Assembly (NCBI GenBank): GCA_039809865.1
Contig: JBDHVW010000039.1
Span: 1,758 to 65,757, forward strand
Length of the DNA: 64,000 nt
Direction of reading: 5' to 3'
From: Vulcanimicrobiota bacterium
GTDB lineage: Bacteria; Vulcanimicrobiota; Xenobia; Xenobiales; QWHO01
Positions within the stretch are counted from its first letter, which is position 1. Each line of letters begins with the position of its first letter. Positions 8,053 to 21,309 of this stretch are shown in pieces. Below the pieces are notes generated by a model, which saw only the letters and a list, made by a program, of their open reading frames with translations, did no database searches and was not told where the DNA came from. Position numbers and translations under genes: made by a program.

Positions 8053-11000
8053 GTGGCACTGCGGCCCGGCCAGACGTTAGGCGATCGCTACCGCATTAAC
8101 CGCGCTCTCTCGAGCGGCGGCATGGGCTCGGTTTACCTGGCGGAGGATGGACGCGCCCAGTCCTACTGCGCCATCAAGGAGATGCTCGAGTCGCATCTCG
8201 GCGCCGGCGACCAGGCCCTGATCGCGCGCAAGTTCGAAGAAGAGAAGGCGCTGCTGGCGCGCCTGAATCACCCTGGAATTCCGCGGGTGCGCGACTTCTT
8301 CCGGCACGAAGGCCTGTGCTACATCGTGATGGACTTCGTGGACGGTCCCAACCTCGAGCAGGAGCTGAACCAGTCCATCAAGACGCACGGGCGGGCCATG
8401 AGCTCGCGCGACGTGGTGCGCACGATGCTGCAGGTGCTCGAGATCTTGCAGTATCTGCACAATCTCGACCCGGCCGTGGTGCACCGCGACGTCAAGCCCG
8501 CCAACATCATTCGCGAGTCGCGCAGCGGGCGCGTGATGCTGGTCGACTTCGGACTGGCCAAGCCGCTCTATGACGGCCGTTCGCAGACCGGCATGGGCAC
8601 CCTGGGCTACTCGCCCTTGGAGCAGATTCAAGGCCGGCCCGAGCCGCGCTCCGACCTCTACGCCCTGGGCGCGACGATGAGCCAGTTGCTGTCGGGCCAG
8701 CCACCCGTTCCGCTGGGGATTCCTCCGCTGGCGACCCTGAGCCCTCAGATCGACCCTGAGCTGGCGTCGTACGTGGACAGGGCCTGCGCCATGCAGGCCG
8801 AAGCTCGTTTCAGCAACGTGCGCGAGATGGGCGTGGCCCTCCACGGCTGGTTGCAGCGGCACAGCTCGGGCGAGGACCTTCCGGCCACGCCGGTGGCGGC
8901 GCCCGCTCCCGCGGGGGTCGAGGCCGAGCCCTCGCCCCGCACCAGCCAGCGCCTGCGGCCGCCCGCTCCGGTTACGTTCCCGCAGAAACCCGGAGGGGGC
9001 ATCACGGGTCGTCCCCAGGTCGTGCCTCCGATGCCTACCTCGGTGCGGAAGGACGTCAGTAAGATGGCGTCATCCGAGAGCCATCAAGCGATCGTTCCCC
9101 ACGAAGCACCCCAACCCGCAGCCGGGTTGGTCTCGCCGCAGGCGGCGCCCGAGCCCGTCCCCCCGACGCCGGAGGCTCCCCCGCCCATGCCGGCGCCGCC
9201 TCCGCAGCCTCCGCCGATGCAGCAGCCTCCCCAGGTGGCCGGGAACCCGGCAATGGCCCAGGCCGGGCGGATGCAGGCCCCGATGGGGGCTCCACCCGTG
9301 ACCGAGGACCGTCAGGCGATGGCTCAGACCGCCCGTCTGCAAGCCCCGCCCGGCGATGCGCCTCCCATGGGTCCACCGCCGATGACCGAGGACCGTCAGG
9401 CGATGGCCCAGACCGCGCGTCTGCAAGCCCCGCCCGGCGATGCGCCTCCCATGGGTCCACCGATGACCGCAGGCCCCGACCGTCAGGCGATGGCCCAGAC
9501 CGCGCGTCTCCAGGCTCCGCCCGGCGAGATGCCGCCGGCCCCGATGACCGAAGGCCCCGACCGTCAGGCGATGGCCCAGACCGCGCGTCTCCAGGCTCCG
9601 CCCGGCGAGATGCCGCCGGCCCCGATGACCGAAGCTCCCGACCGCCAGGCGATGATGGCCCCCTTGCAGGCTCCGCCCTCCGAGATGCCGCCGATGGGAC
9701 CTCCTCCCAGGACCGAAGCTCCCATGGCGCCGCCGATGACCGAAGGCCCGCCGCAGCCACCCGCGACCGAAGGCCCCGGGCGCCCGGTCCTGGGAGGGCG
9801 CCCCCCTACGCTGGGGAATCGTCCGGCCATCAACCATCCCAGCGCCGAGCTTCCCCCGGCCTATCCTCCCGCGCCCGAGACCGAGCGGCTGGCACCTCCG
9901 GTGGCCCGGCCCGTGCCGGTGCCCACCAGCAGCAACCGTCCCATGAGCAGCGCCGAGATGCTGGATGCGCCGCTGCCGCCTCCGCTCCCGAAGGGTCTCC
10001 CGCCGGTCGAGGCGCCGCCCCCTGCGCCGCTGCCCCCGCCCATGGCCGAGCTCGACGCGCCGCTGCCGCCGCCTTTGCCCTGGGGAAGGCAGAACGCCCC
10101 CCCACCGCCCGATACCGAAGACAACTGGTCCGAGCCCGAGGATGAGAATCCGTTCCGCCTCAAGCGCCCCTCGGCCGAGATGCCCTTGCCTCCGGCTGCT
10201 CCGCGGCCGCCCGTGGCTCCGCCACCGGACGAGGCGCCGCCGCCCATGAAGCTGGCCCTGGAGCGCGCCGAAGCGGCTCCGCCAGCTCCGCCCGAGGTGG
10301 ATGAAGAGTTCCCGCCGCAGGAACCCCCCGAAGTTTCGGCGGCCGTAAGCGAGGGCGACTTCGAAGCCCCTTCCGAGGCGGAAGAGGCCTACTCAGCGCC
10401 TCCCCCGGAAAAGAAGAAGGGCGGTGTGCCGGTCGCGATGATCGGCATGCTGGTCCTGTCGGCCGTCGTTTGCATCGCCTTCGTGGTGGGCAAGGCTCTG
10501 CTGTCCGGAAGGACGAGCCATCCGACCCCGACTCAGACGGTGGCGGACACCCCCACCTGGACGCCGCCGCCGCCGCCTCCGCCGCCGCCGCCCGCGACAG
10601 CCACGCCCATCTTTGGTCCCGCCACTCCGTCGGCGAGCCCAGAGGCCAGCGCGAGCCCGGAGGCCAGCGCCAGCCCCGAGGCCAGTCCCAGCGCGTCGCC
10701 CGAGGCTTCGCCATCGTCCGCGGGGACCGACCCCGCCTATCCGCTGGCCAATCCGGACGAGGAGGAATCGCCTGACCCGGACGCCATCCTGCCCGATCCG
10801 CCCACGCCCGAGCTGCAGCCCGACAACAGCATCAAGGTCGAGGTGGCGGATCTGGGGTTGAGCTTCCAGGTCCCCTCCGGAATGGACCTCAAGCGCAATA
10901 ACTGGGGGCGCCAGAAAGCCGACCTCAACTGGAAGAAGACCGAGCCGTGGGGCGAGAGCCGCATGTCCGTGCAGATCCGCATGGGCAAGCAGGGTCCGCG

Positions 11001-11244
11001 CCTCCGCCAGACGGCCGAATCGGTGCTCAACCACCAGTGGACGAGCGTGGCCCACGAGGGGCCCGACCAGGTCAACCTGTTCCGGCCCAACGGCCGCGGC
11101 GTGGCCTGGTTCGGTCAGAAGATCGACGCCGATGGCAACCAGATCTTCATCAACGTCAGCTACAGCTGGGATGGCAACCTTCCCAAAGAGGGCTTCGAGC
11201 AGGCGGCCGGCGAGGTGCGCCGGCGGATGAAGATGCCAGAGTAG
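8053..11244 (+). CDS. Membrane Ser/Thr protein kinase with a long Pro-rich repeat linker, one TM helix and an extracytoplasmic C-terminal domain
   Basis: Kinase motifs SGGMGSVYLA, AIKEM, HRDVKPANI, DFGLAK and GTLGYSPLEQ. TM helix VPVAMIGMLVLSAVVCIAFVV. GTG 8053 places the start about 13 aa before the G-loop. The track start (TTG 7771) lies in a lower-GC, non-coding-looking stretch. Confidence 0.85.
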   Translation: MALRPGQTLGDRYRINRALSSGGMGSVYLAEDGRAQSYCAIKEMLESHLGAGDQALIARKFEEEKALLARLNHPGIPRVRDFFRHEGLCYIVMDFVDGPNLEQELNQSIKTHGRAMSSRDVVRTMLQVLEILQYLHNLDPAVVHRDVKPANIIRESRSGRVMLVDFGLAKPLYDGRSQTGMGTLGYSPLEQIQGRPEPRSDLYALGATMSQLLSGQPPVPLGIPPLATLSPQIDPELASYVDRACAMQAEARFSNVREMGVALHGWLQRHSSGEDLPATPVAAPAPAGVEAEPSPRTSQRLRPPAPVTFPQKPGGGITGRPQVVPPMPTSVRKDVSKMASSESHQAIVPHEAPQPAAGLVSPQAAPEPVPPTPEAPPPMPAPPPQPPPMQQPPQVAGNPAMAQAGRMQAPMGAPPVTEDRQAMAQTARLQAPPGDAPPMGPPPMTEDRQAMAQTARLQAPPGDAPPMGPPMTAGPDRQAMAQTARLQAPPGEMPPAPMTEGPDRQAMAQTARLQAPPGEMPPAPMTEAPDRQAMMAPLQAPPSEMPPMGPPPRTEAPMAPPMTEGPPQPPATEGPGRPVLGGRPPTLGNRPAINHPSAELPPAYPPAPETERLAPPVARPVPVPTSSNRPMSSAEMLDAPLPPPLPKGLPPVEAPPPAPLPPPMAELDAPLPPPLPWGRQNAPPPPDTEDNWSEPEDENPFRLKRPSAEMPLPPAAPRPPVAPPPDEAPPPMKLALERAEAAPPAPPEVDEEFPPQEPPEVSAAVSEGDFEAPSEAEEAYSAPPPEKKKGGVPVAMIGMLVLSAVVCIAFVVGKALLSGRTSHPTPTQTVADTPTWTPPPPPPPPPPATATPIFGPATPSASPEASASPEASASPEASPSASPEASPSSAGTDPAYPLANPDEEESPDPDAILPDPPTPELQPDNSIKVEVADLGLSFQVPSGMDLKRNNWGRQKADLNWKKTEPWGESRMSVQIRMGKQGPRLRQTAESVLNHQWTSVAHEGPDQVNLFRPNGRGVAWFGQKIDADGNQIFINVSYSWDGNLPKEGFEQAAGEVRRRMKMPE
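9298..9740 (+). repeat. Five to six in-frame 81-84-nt tandem repeats inside the kinase linker
   Basis: Unit starts at 9301, 9385, 9466, 9547 and 9628 (periods 84, 81, 81, 81 nt). They encode TE(G)(P)DRQAMAQTARLQAPPG(D/E)(A/M)PP...PM. Copies 3 and 4 are almost identical at the DNA level. Confidence 0.85.
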
Positions 11245-11307
11245 GGACCGCGCCGGTTAGAGCGAACGCGCAGGGAGCGGGACGCGACTGTAAGGGAACA
11301 CGGCTGT

Positions 11308-14913
<3,606 letters not shown>

Positions 14914-14994
14914 CGATCGGTACCATTCGTCACTGATCGGCCGTCGCGGCCGACCCTAAAATGGAGACATCCCAAACGACACAGGAGGTCTCCC

Positions 14995-15483
14995 ATGAAT
15001 ATCAACAGCATGTCCCCGTGGACCCCGATGAGCCTGAACGATATGTGCTCGCTCGTGATGGGCACGCCCCCGTCGGGCGGCTTGCAGCCCTCCAACCCGT
15101 TTGGCTCGTTCGTGAGCCTGCTGGGCATTTTCTCGCTGCTCGAGCAGGTCTTCGGGGACGTGGCCGGCCAGGCTACGATTGGCCAGGGGGGGCGTTTCCA
15201 GGACGCTCAGCTCGACGAGCAGGGAAAGGCCAGCTTCGGCGGCCTGACAGCCAGTGGAGATAGCCTGACTGACCTGGCGGGAAACGTGATCAGTCTGCAT
15301 GGCGCCCGTCAGTTCCTGGTGCACGAGAACGGGCACGACGTCCTGGGCAATCGCTCGCACCCGGGCGAGAACTTCCGCTCGCTCACCGTCGGCCAGGACC
15401 TCCACGGCGACCCGGGGGCCGCCGCGGAGATCTGGGTGCGCAACGGCGTGGTGGTGAATGCACCCGCGCCGCGCGCTGCCTGA
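14995..15483 (+). CDS. Hypothetical protein (no signal peptide)
   Basis: Good SD (acaGGAGGtctcccATG). N-terminus MNINSMSPW. No recognisable domain. Confidence 0.55.
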   Translation: MNINSMSPWTPMSLNDMCSLVMGTPPSGGLQPSNPFGSFVSLLGIFSLLEQVFGDVAGQATIGQGGRFQDAQLDEQGKASFGGLTASGDSLTDLAGNVISLHGARQFLVHENGHDVLGNRSHPGENFRSLTVGQDLHGDPGAAAEIWVRNGVVVNAPAPRAA

Positions 15484-16092
15484 CTAGGCCTGCACCATGT
15501 CCTTGGCGGCCGCCTTGAACGCCGGGCGCTCGTGGATTCTGGCCACGTATTTCTGGAGATGCGGATACTCGTCCATGCCCAGCATACTGGCCGCCCAGCC
15601 CAGCGTGCCGCCCAGCATGATGTCGGCCACGCTGAAGCGCTCGCCGAGCAGGAAGCTGCGGTCTTTCATGTGGATGTCCAGGTGGGTCAGGACTTTCTTG
15701 AGCATCACGCGGCCACGCTCGGCCACGGAGGCCTCGCGCTGGTCCTCGGGCAGGAACATCGTGTGCATCAGGACGTCCATCACGGCCGGCTCCAGCGAGC
15801 CGAACGTGTAGAAGCACCACTGGTAATACTCGCCGGGCTGGTTGCCGGGGCCGAGGCCGCCGTCGGGATACTTGTCCGCCAGGTAGCAGCAGATGGCACC
15901 GGACTCGATGATGATCTGGCCGTCGTCCTCCAGCGCCGGCACCTGGCCCAGCGGGTGGATCTTCAGGTATTCGGGCGTGCGCGTCTCGCCTTTCTGCAGG
16001 TCGAGGATAACGGTCTCATAAGGCACTCCCAGCTCTTCCAGGGTCCAGTGCGCGCGCATCCCGCGCGAACGCGGGTTGGTGTATAGCTTCAT
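15484..16092 (-). CDS. Glutathione S-transferase family protein
   Basis: Starts at MKLYTNPRSRG with SD GGAGGAGTGAAATG. Has the GST N-domain (HPLGQVPALEDDG..ESGAI) and a C-domain. The track start at 16215 is an upstream extension without an SD. Confidence 0.85.
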   Translation of the reverse strand: MKLYTNPRSRGMRAHWTLEELGVPYETVILDLQKGETRTPEYLKIHPLGQVPALEDDGQIIIESGAICCYLADKYPDGGLGPGNQPGEYYQWCFYTFGSLEPAVMDVLMHTMFLPEDQREASVAERGRVMLKKVLTHLDIHMKDRSFLLGERFSVADIMLGGTLGWAASMLGMDEYPHLQKYVARIHERPAFKAAAKDMVQA

Positions 16093-16268
16093 TTCACTCC
16101 TCCAGGCTTGGATGGGCTCGCCTTCGCCGGATCGCATCCATCCCCTGGGATGGGTGCCCTTCCGCGAGCTATGGGCGAGACCGAGGGAAATTGTTAACGG
16201 CGGCACTGCGCGCACCCCCCTCCGTAGCTTTCAGTGTCCTTTCAGACCGCTCCGCTACCCTGGGCCCA

Positions 16269-17822
16269 ATGCTCGTCGATGCCCTGCCGGCCGCCCTGCC
16301 GGCGCGAAAGCCTCTCAAGATGGTCGCTGTCGGCGACAGCTTGACCGCCGGTTTCCAGGACGCGACCCTGGTCGAGGAGCACCAGGTCCATTCGTATCCC
16401 AACCAGATCGCCAAACAGGCCGGCATCCCGTTTCGGCAGCCGCTCATCGGGGGGCGGGGGATGCCTCCGCGGGTCTTCGACCAGAAGGACCTCGCCGTCG
16501 GCGGCACCGTCTGGCGCTACCTCGGAGTGGGAGCCGCCACCGCGCTGCCCGCCGCCGCGCTGGCCATCGGTACCGTGCCCCCTGAATACCTGCTCGAGCC
16601 GATGTACCGCGCCGGGGCCATGGGCCAGACGCTGGCCGAGCATCGGGGCGATCTCCAGAACCTGGCCGTTCCCAACCTCGAACTTAGGCATCTTACCGAA
16701 GTCGCCAACGTCAACGACATGATGGCCGAAATGGCGGACGGACGCACCGCCCCCAGCGGACTCATGATGCTGGCCCCCTATGTCCACAGCATTCTGCAGG
16801 ACGAGCAATCCTCGGCCAGCGGCCGCTCGCAGATCGACCGGGCCGTGGAGCAGAAGCCCGACCTGGTGCTGTTCTGGGCCGGTGCCAACGACGCCCTGGA
16901 CGCCGTCAACGGGGGCATCGTCGACGACCAGACCCTGACCCCGATGGAGGACAAGAAGTGGTCCTACCACACCTACAACCCCCTTCAGGGCTCGCGCGAG
17001 TGGGAAACCAAGCAGGTCGTCCCGGGCTTTCGAAGCTCGCTGGTCGGTGAGAAAGGCGCCCTGACCCGCCTTCTCAACGAGACCGAAGCCGAGATCGCCG
17101 TGATGAACATCCCGGATGTCACCGTGATTCCCTACCTGCGGACGGTGGGAGAGAAGGTGGGCAAGCTGCCCTTCAAAATCGTGCTGCCCGATGGCACCGA
17201 TGTCACCAGTAAGGTCGAGGATTGGACGGTCCCGTCGACTATCCTGGGGAAAGGGCGCGACGGTCGCACCGAGTTCCCCCCCGGCACTCGGGTGGGCCTC
17301 AAGACGATGCTGACGAAGTTCGTCCAATACGGCTGCTTCGTGGACCCCTCGCGCAAGACGCCGGTGTTCGGCGAGGACGACGTGCTGACTCCCGATGAGA
17401 TCGAGCAGATCCAGAAGCGCACGGCGGAATACAACCGGTTGCTCGACGAGACGGCGCGCCAGAATCCGCGTTTGCACCTGGTGGATACGAACGGGCTCCT
17501 GAATCGCGCCAAGTCCGAGGGCATCGAGCTCGAGGGGAGCGGCGACCCGGTTACGATCACCAACGTCTGCATCGGCCTGCAGGACCAGCGCGGCTTCTCC
17601 GGCTTCTTCAGCTACGATGGGATGCACCCCAGCAACGTGGGTCACGCCGTAGTCGCCAACGCGGTGCTGGACAGGCTCCGCCTCGACCTGGCCGACAATC
17701 CCAAGTTCGAAGACCTGGTCTTCGCGCCGCCGGTGGACGAGCGCGCCGCGCTTCGCCAGGACCTCCGCTATCAGGGCAGCGAGAAGATGCTCATCGACGC
17801 CACCGATAACCCGTTGCTGTAG
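16269..17822 (+). CDS. SGNH/GDSL-family hydrolase (lipase/esterase-like)
   Basis: Block I VAVGDSLTAGF and block V DGMHPSNVGH. The start is uncertain (ATG 16269 or 16320). Confidence 0.75.
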   Translation: MLVDALPAALPARKPLKMVAVGDSLTAGFQDATLVEEHQVHSYPNQIAKQAGIPFRQPLIGGRGMPPRVFDQKDLAVGGTVWRYLGVGAATALPAAALAIGTVPPEYLLEPMYRAGAMGQTLAEHRGDLQNLAVPNLELRHLTEVANVNDMMAEMADGRTAPSGLMMLAPYVHSILQDEQSSASGRSQIDRAVEQKPDLVLFWAGANDALDAVNGGIVDDQTLTPMEDKKWSYHTYNPLQGSREWETKQVVPGFRSSLVGEKGALTRLLNETEAEIAVMNIPDVTVIPYLRTVGEKVGKLPFKIVLPDGTDVTSKVEDWTVPSTILGKGRDGRTEFPPGTRVGLKTMLTKFVQYGCFVDPSRKTPVFGEDDVLTPDEIEQIQKRTAEYNRLLDETARQNPRLHLVDTNGLLNRAKSEGIELEGSGDPVTITNVCIGLQDQRGFSGFFSYDGMHPSNVGHAVVANAVLDRLRLDLADNPKFEDLVFAPPVDERAALRQDLRYQGSEKMLIDATDNPLL

Positions 17823-18212
17823 ATGCTACGTTTGCTGCCCGTCTTCATGCTGATGATGATGCTGCTGCCGGCCTCGGCCGGCAACCTGGGCGATAGCCCC
17901 GAGCACGCCCGCACCACCGACGAGATCCTGGCCGCCCTGGAGCCCACGAAGGGGTTTGGCACCATCCAGAGCGTGCGCTACGAATGCCGGGGCCGGCGCC
18001 TCTTCGTGGCCTGGTTCGACCCGTTCAGCGGGCGCGCCGCCTGCTACGCCTTCGCTTACAGCTACGACGAGAAAACCGGGCAGTGGAAGCGCTTCATGAG
18101 CACGCTCGTCGAGGGCACCCACGACCTCTCGCCCGAGCTGCCCTGCAAGGGTGACATTCTGCGCCTGCGGGCGTTCGACGGCCGGGTGGCCTTCGAGCAA
18201 GACCTGCCCTGA
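17823..18212 (+). CDS. Secreted hypothetical protein
   Basis: Signal peptide MLRLLPVFMLMMMLLPASA. The ATG immediately follows the upstream TAG. Confidence 0.55.
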   Translation: MLRLLPVFMLMMMLLPASAGNLGDSPEHARTTDEILAALEPTKGFGTIQSVRYECRGRRLFVAWFDPFSGRAACYAFAYSYDEKTGQWKRFMSTLVEGTHDLSPELPCKGDILRLRAFDGRVAFEQDLP

Positions 18213-18265
18213 GCCCGGTACGCCCGTAGCTTCCGCGCCCCGCGCGAGTCCCGCAAAATGATCCA

Positions 18266-19426
18266 ATGGAGCTCGCCTTCATCTTCGGATTGGTCCTGCT
18301 GGCCGCCGTCTTGCTCTCGGAAACGACGCGCGTCAGCATGCTGTCGATCGCGACCCTGACCCTGGCGCTCGGGTTCGCTCTGGGCGAAGGCGGGTTGCAC
18401 CTCGGCGGTCACCAGCTGAACGAGGAGCCCCTGCTCCGCGGCCTGGCGGAGCTGGCTCTGTTCACCCTGCTCTTCACGGACGGGGCCCGGCTGCAGCTGC
18501 ACCAGCTGCGGCGCCACTGGGCCCTGCCGGCTCGCGCCCTGCTGATCGGGTTGCCTCTCACGCTGGCGCTGGCGGCCTTACTGGCGCACGTCGTGGTCGG
18601 GCTATCCTGGCTCCAGTCCTTTCTGGTCGCGGCGGCGCTCTGCCCGACCGATCCGGTTTTCGCCTCGGACCTGGTCGAGAACGAGGACGTTCCCACGCCC
18701 CTGCGACGCCTGCTGGCCATCGAAAGCGGGCTCAACGACGGGCTGGCGGTGCCCTTCGTGGTCATCTTCCTGGCGCTGCTCGGCTCGGGCCAGTTTTCGG
18801 CCGGTGATCTCGCCCTGGACGTGTTCGGCGCCACCGCGTTGGGGATCGCCATCCCCTGGCTGGCGGGGCGGCTCCACCGGCTGCCGATCTTCGACATCGC
18901 CTGCAAACACGAGCCCCTCTACGGGTTTGCGCTCGGGATGATCCTCCTGACCGCCTGCTCGCTGCTGGGTTTGCACCCGTTCCTGGCGGCTTTCGCGGGC
19001 GGCATCACCATGCGGGCGGTGTCGCCGGACCTGCGCCACGAGTTCCACGAGTTCGGCCGCATCCTGGGCGAGCTGCTCAAGCTGGCCTCGGTCTTCGTCT
19101 TCGGCTTGCTGCTCTCGCGCGAGCTGTTGGACCGCACCGACTGGACGAGCTTCGTCTTTGCCGTGCTCGTTTTGCTGCTCGTGCGGCCCCTGGCGTTCTG
19201 GATTTGCCTGGCGGGCTCGCAACTCGACCCGAAGGAGCGCCTGGCGGCCGCCTGGTTCGGACCGCGCGGTTTCGCCTCGGTCCTCTTCGCGCTCTGGATT
19301 TTCCACTCCGGAATCGAGGATGCGGGCCGGCTCTGCGCCCTCGTGGCGGTCGTTTCGGCCCTGTCCATGCTGGCCCACACGGGCACGGACACCTACGTCG
19401 CTCGCTGGTTCGGAAGGAGCCTTTAG
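18266..19426 (+). CDS. Cation:proton antiporter (Na+/H+ exchanger, CPA1-like)
   Basis: About 11 predicted TM helices, and motifs LFTLLFTDG and ESGLNDG typical of Na+/H+ exchangers. Confidence 0.8.
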   Translation: MELAFIFGLVLLAAVLLSETTRVSMLSIATLTLALGFALGEGGLHLGGHQLNEEPLLRGLAELALFTLLFTDGARLQLHQLRRHWALPARALLIGLPLTLALAALLAHVVVGLSWLQSFLVAAALCPTDPVFASDLVENEDVPTPLRRLLAIESGLNDGLAVPFVVIFLALLGSGQFSAGDLALDVFGATALGIAIPWLAGRLHRLPIFDIACKHEPLYGFALGMILLTACSLLGLHPFLAAFAGGITMRAVSPDLRHEFHEFGRILGELLKLASVFVFGLLLSRELLDRTDWTSFVFAVLVLLLVRPLAFWICLAGSQLDPKERLAAAWFGPRGFASVLFALWIFHSGIEDAGRLCALVAVVSALSMLAHTGTDTYVARWFGRSL

Positions 19427-19887
19427 AACCCATCACCCCGACCTCCCGCCTGGACCATGCTCGTGCGACCTGCTCGGGCCGATCGGGTCTTGCGCTGGAT
19501 CTCTGTCGGTGGGTCTGGGGACGACGTTCGCGGTCGGCGCTACCGTGGTGCTCGTACACCGCGCGGCCTCGACTGCCGCTATTGCCACGGCGAGGAGGCC
19601 AGGATGCCGACCACCGAGCTCTGCATGACCCATCGCGGTGGGAGCTGTCTTCATGGAGCTGCGCCTGCTGTTGTTGCTAGGGCTGGGAGCGATGTTTGCG
19701 TTGACGCTTGGCGACTATTGGACGCGATGAGTTCTCGCGGGACCTCCCGGCCGAACGACTTTTCGTTTCCCCGGGAAACGAACACGCATCGAACATCGGG
19801 GTTCACAACCATGTTACATAACCCGGAACCGCGGGCGCGTCCTCGATGTTCCTAACTCCACACACACAACGTTGGAGGGCTTCCGAA

Positions 19888-20136
19888 ATGCAGATCACGA
19901 GCTTTGGCCAGACGAACCGCTTCGACCCCAGCCGCTTCACCACGATTGCCGCCTCGCGCAACGAGGAGGTCATCCATCAGTCCGGGGCCAGCGACTCCAT
20001 CATTTTCAGCGCCGAGGCGCGCCGCGCCGTCGCTCCCTCCGAGCACGACGAGCCGCCTCGCCCCCATCCCAATGCCCAGCACCAGCACCCCCAGCCCGAG
20101 AAGCCCCCGCGCTTGAATCCTCACGGCCCGCGATGA
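19888..20136 (+). CDS. Small hypothetical protein (82 aa); its N-terminal half is reminiscent of anti-sigma-28 FlgM
   Basis: Strong SD (GGAGGGcttccgaaATG). [14 protein letters not shown]...[11 protein letters not shown] resembles the recalled B. subtilis FlgM (MKINQFGTQSVNPY...DKIEISSQAKE). The C-terminal sigma-binding helices are replaced by a Pro/His/Gln-rich tail. Confidence 0.4.
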   Translation: MQITSFGQTNRFDPSRFTTIAASRNEEVIHQSGASDSIIFSAEARRAVAPSEHDEPPRPHPNAQHQHPQPEKPPRLNPHGPR

Positions 20137-20149
20137 CGTCCATGAGGGC

Positions 20150-21151
20150 ATGAAGCCTTTTCTTTACTCCGTGCTGGACCTTTGCCCCATTCTCGAAGGC
20201 GGCACGGTCTCGCAGACCTTTGCCAACACGCTCGACCTGGCGCGCAGCGCCGAGGCCAGCGGCTACCACCGCTACTGGCTGGCCGAGCACCATAACATTC
20301 CGGGCATCGCCAGCTCGGCCACCTCGGTCGTGATCGGCCATGTGGCCGGGGGCACCAGCACCATACGGGTGGGCGCGGGCGGCATCATGCTGCCCAATCA
20401 CGCGCCTCTGGTCATCGCCGAGCAGTTCTCCACCCTGGAGGCTCTCTATCCCGGTCGGATCGACCTGGGCCTGGGACGCGCTCCCGGCGGCGATCAGCGC
20501 ACCGCGCGAGCGCTTCGGCGGGGGCTCGGCTCCTCGGGCGACACCTTCCCCGAGAACGTCGAAGAGCTGCGCGGTTACCTGCGCGGGACCGAAGCCGTGA
20601 AGTCCATTCCGGCGCTGCCCGTGCCGGTCTACTTGCTGGGGTCCAGCGACTTCAGCGCCCGCATGGCCGCCCAGCTCGGCCTGCCGTTTGCCTTCGCCTC
20701 GCACTTCGCCCCCGACTACCTCGAGGTCGCTCTGGACCTGTACCGGTCGCGCTTCCGTCCTTCGGCCGATCTGGCCGCGCCCCACGTGATGCTGGGCCTT
20801 AACGTGTTCGTCGCCGATACCGACGAGGAGGCTCGTCACCTGTTCACCACGCTGGAGCAGCAGTTTCTCAACATCCTGCGAGGCACGCGCGGCCTGGTGC
20901 CGCCTCCGGTCGAGCGGGTCGAGTGGACCGCCGGAGAGCGCGTCGCCGTGGAGCGCATGCAGCGCTGCTCCGCGGTCGGCTCGCCCGCCACCGTGCGCCG
21001 CAAGGTACGCGAGTTGCTCGAGCAGACGGCTGCCGACGAGCTGATCGTAACCGCCCAGATCTATGACCACGCTGCCCGCAAGCGGAGCTTCGTGCTGGCC
21101 GCCGAGGTGCTTCAGGGGTTGAGCTCCGAGCGCGCCGCCGGGGTCACTTGA
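20150..21151 (+). CDS. LLM-class flavin-dependent oxidoreductase (luciferase-like, YhbW group)
   Basis: [21 protein letters not shown] and [12 protein letters not shown] are typical of this family. Confidence 0.9.
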   Translation: MKPFLYSVLDLCPILEGGTVSQTFANTLDLARSAEASGYHRYWLAEHHNIPGIASSATSVVIGHVAGGTSTIRVGAGGIMLPNHAPLVIAEQFSTLEALYPGRIDLGLGRAPGGDQRTARALRRGLGSSGDTFPENVEELRGYLRGTEAVKSIPALPVPVYLLGSSDFSARMAAQLGLPFAFASHFAPDYLEVALDLYRSRFRPSADLAAPHVMLGLNVFVADTDEEARHLFTTLEQQFLNILRGTRGLVPPPVERVEWTAGERVAVERMQRCSAVGSPATVRRKVRELLEQTAADELIVTAQIYDHAARKRSFVLAAEVLQGLSSERAAGVT

Positions 21152-21159
21152 AAATTTTT

Positions 21160-21189
21160 TTGACTACTGACACTCGTTGTCAGTAACCT
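21160..21189 (+). promoter_or_regulatory. Candidate promoter (TTGACT -35, 18-nt spacer, TAACCT -10) whose spacer is a perfect 8-5-8 palindrome
   Basis: TACTGACA-ctcgt-TGTCAGTA at 21165-21185, preceded by an A4T6 tract. It lies ~35 nt upstream of a strong SD (AGGAGG) for the zinc-ribbon ORF at 21226. It could instead be a weak terminator for the minus-strand SRPBCC gene. Confidence 0.4.
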
Positions 21190-21309
21190 GCTCTATGCTG
21201 GTCTCACCAGGAGGTGCAACCAGCGATGAAACCTTGTCCTTACTGCACGGAAGAAGTCTCCCTCGAAGCGGTCGCTTGCGCCGCGTGCGGCGTCACGTGG
21301 CTGGAAGAT

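Noticed and set aside
19427-19887. 460-nt gap after the antiporter. It contains a 25-codon hydrophobic mini-ORF (MELRLLLLLGLGAMFALTLGDYWTR, 19653-19730), a TCGTTTCC-ccg-GGAAACGA hairpin (~19765-19785) and a TTCACAA Rex-like half-site (~19803).
   Set aside because: The mini-ORF has only a weak SD and no recognisable family. The hairpin lacks a U-tract. The Rex operator needs a TTGTGAA partner 4 nt away, and that partner is absent. The evidence is too weak to call.
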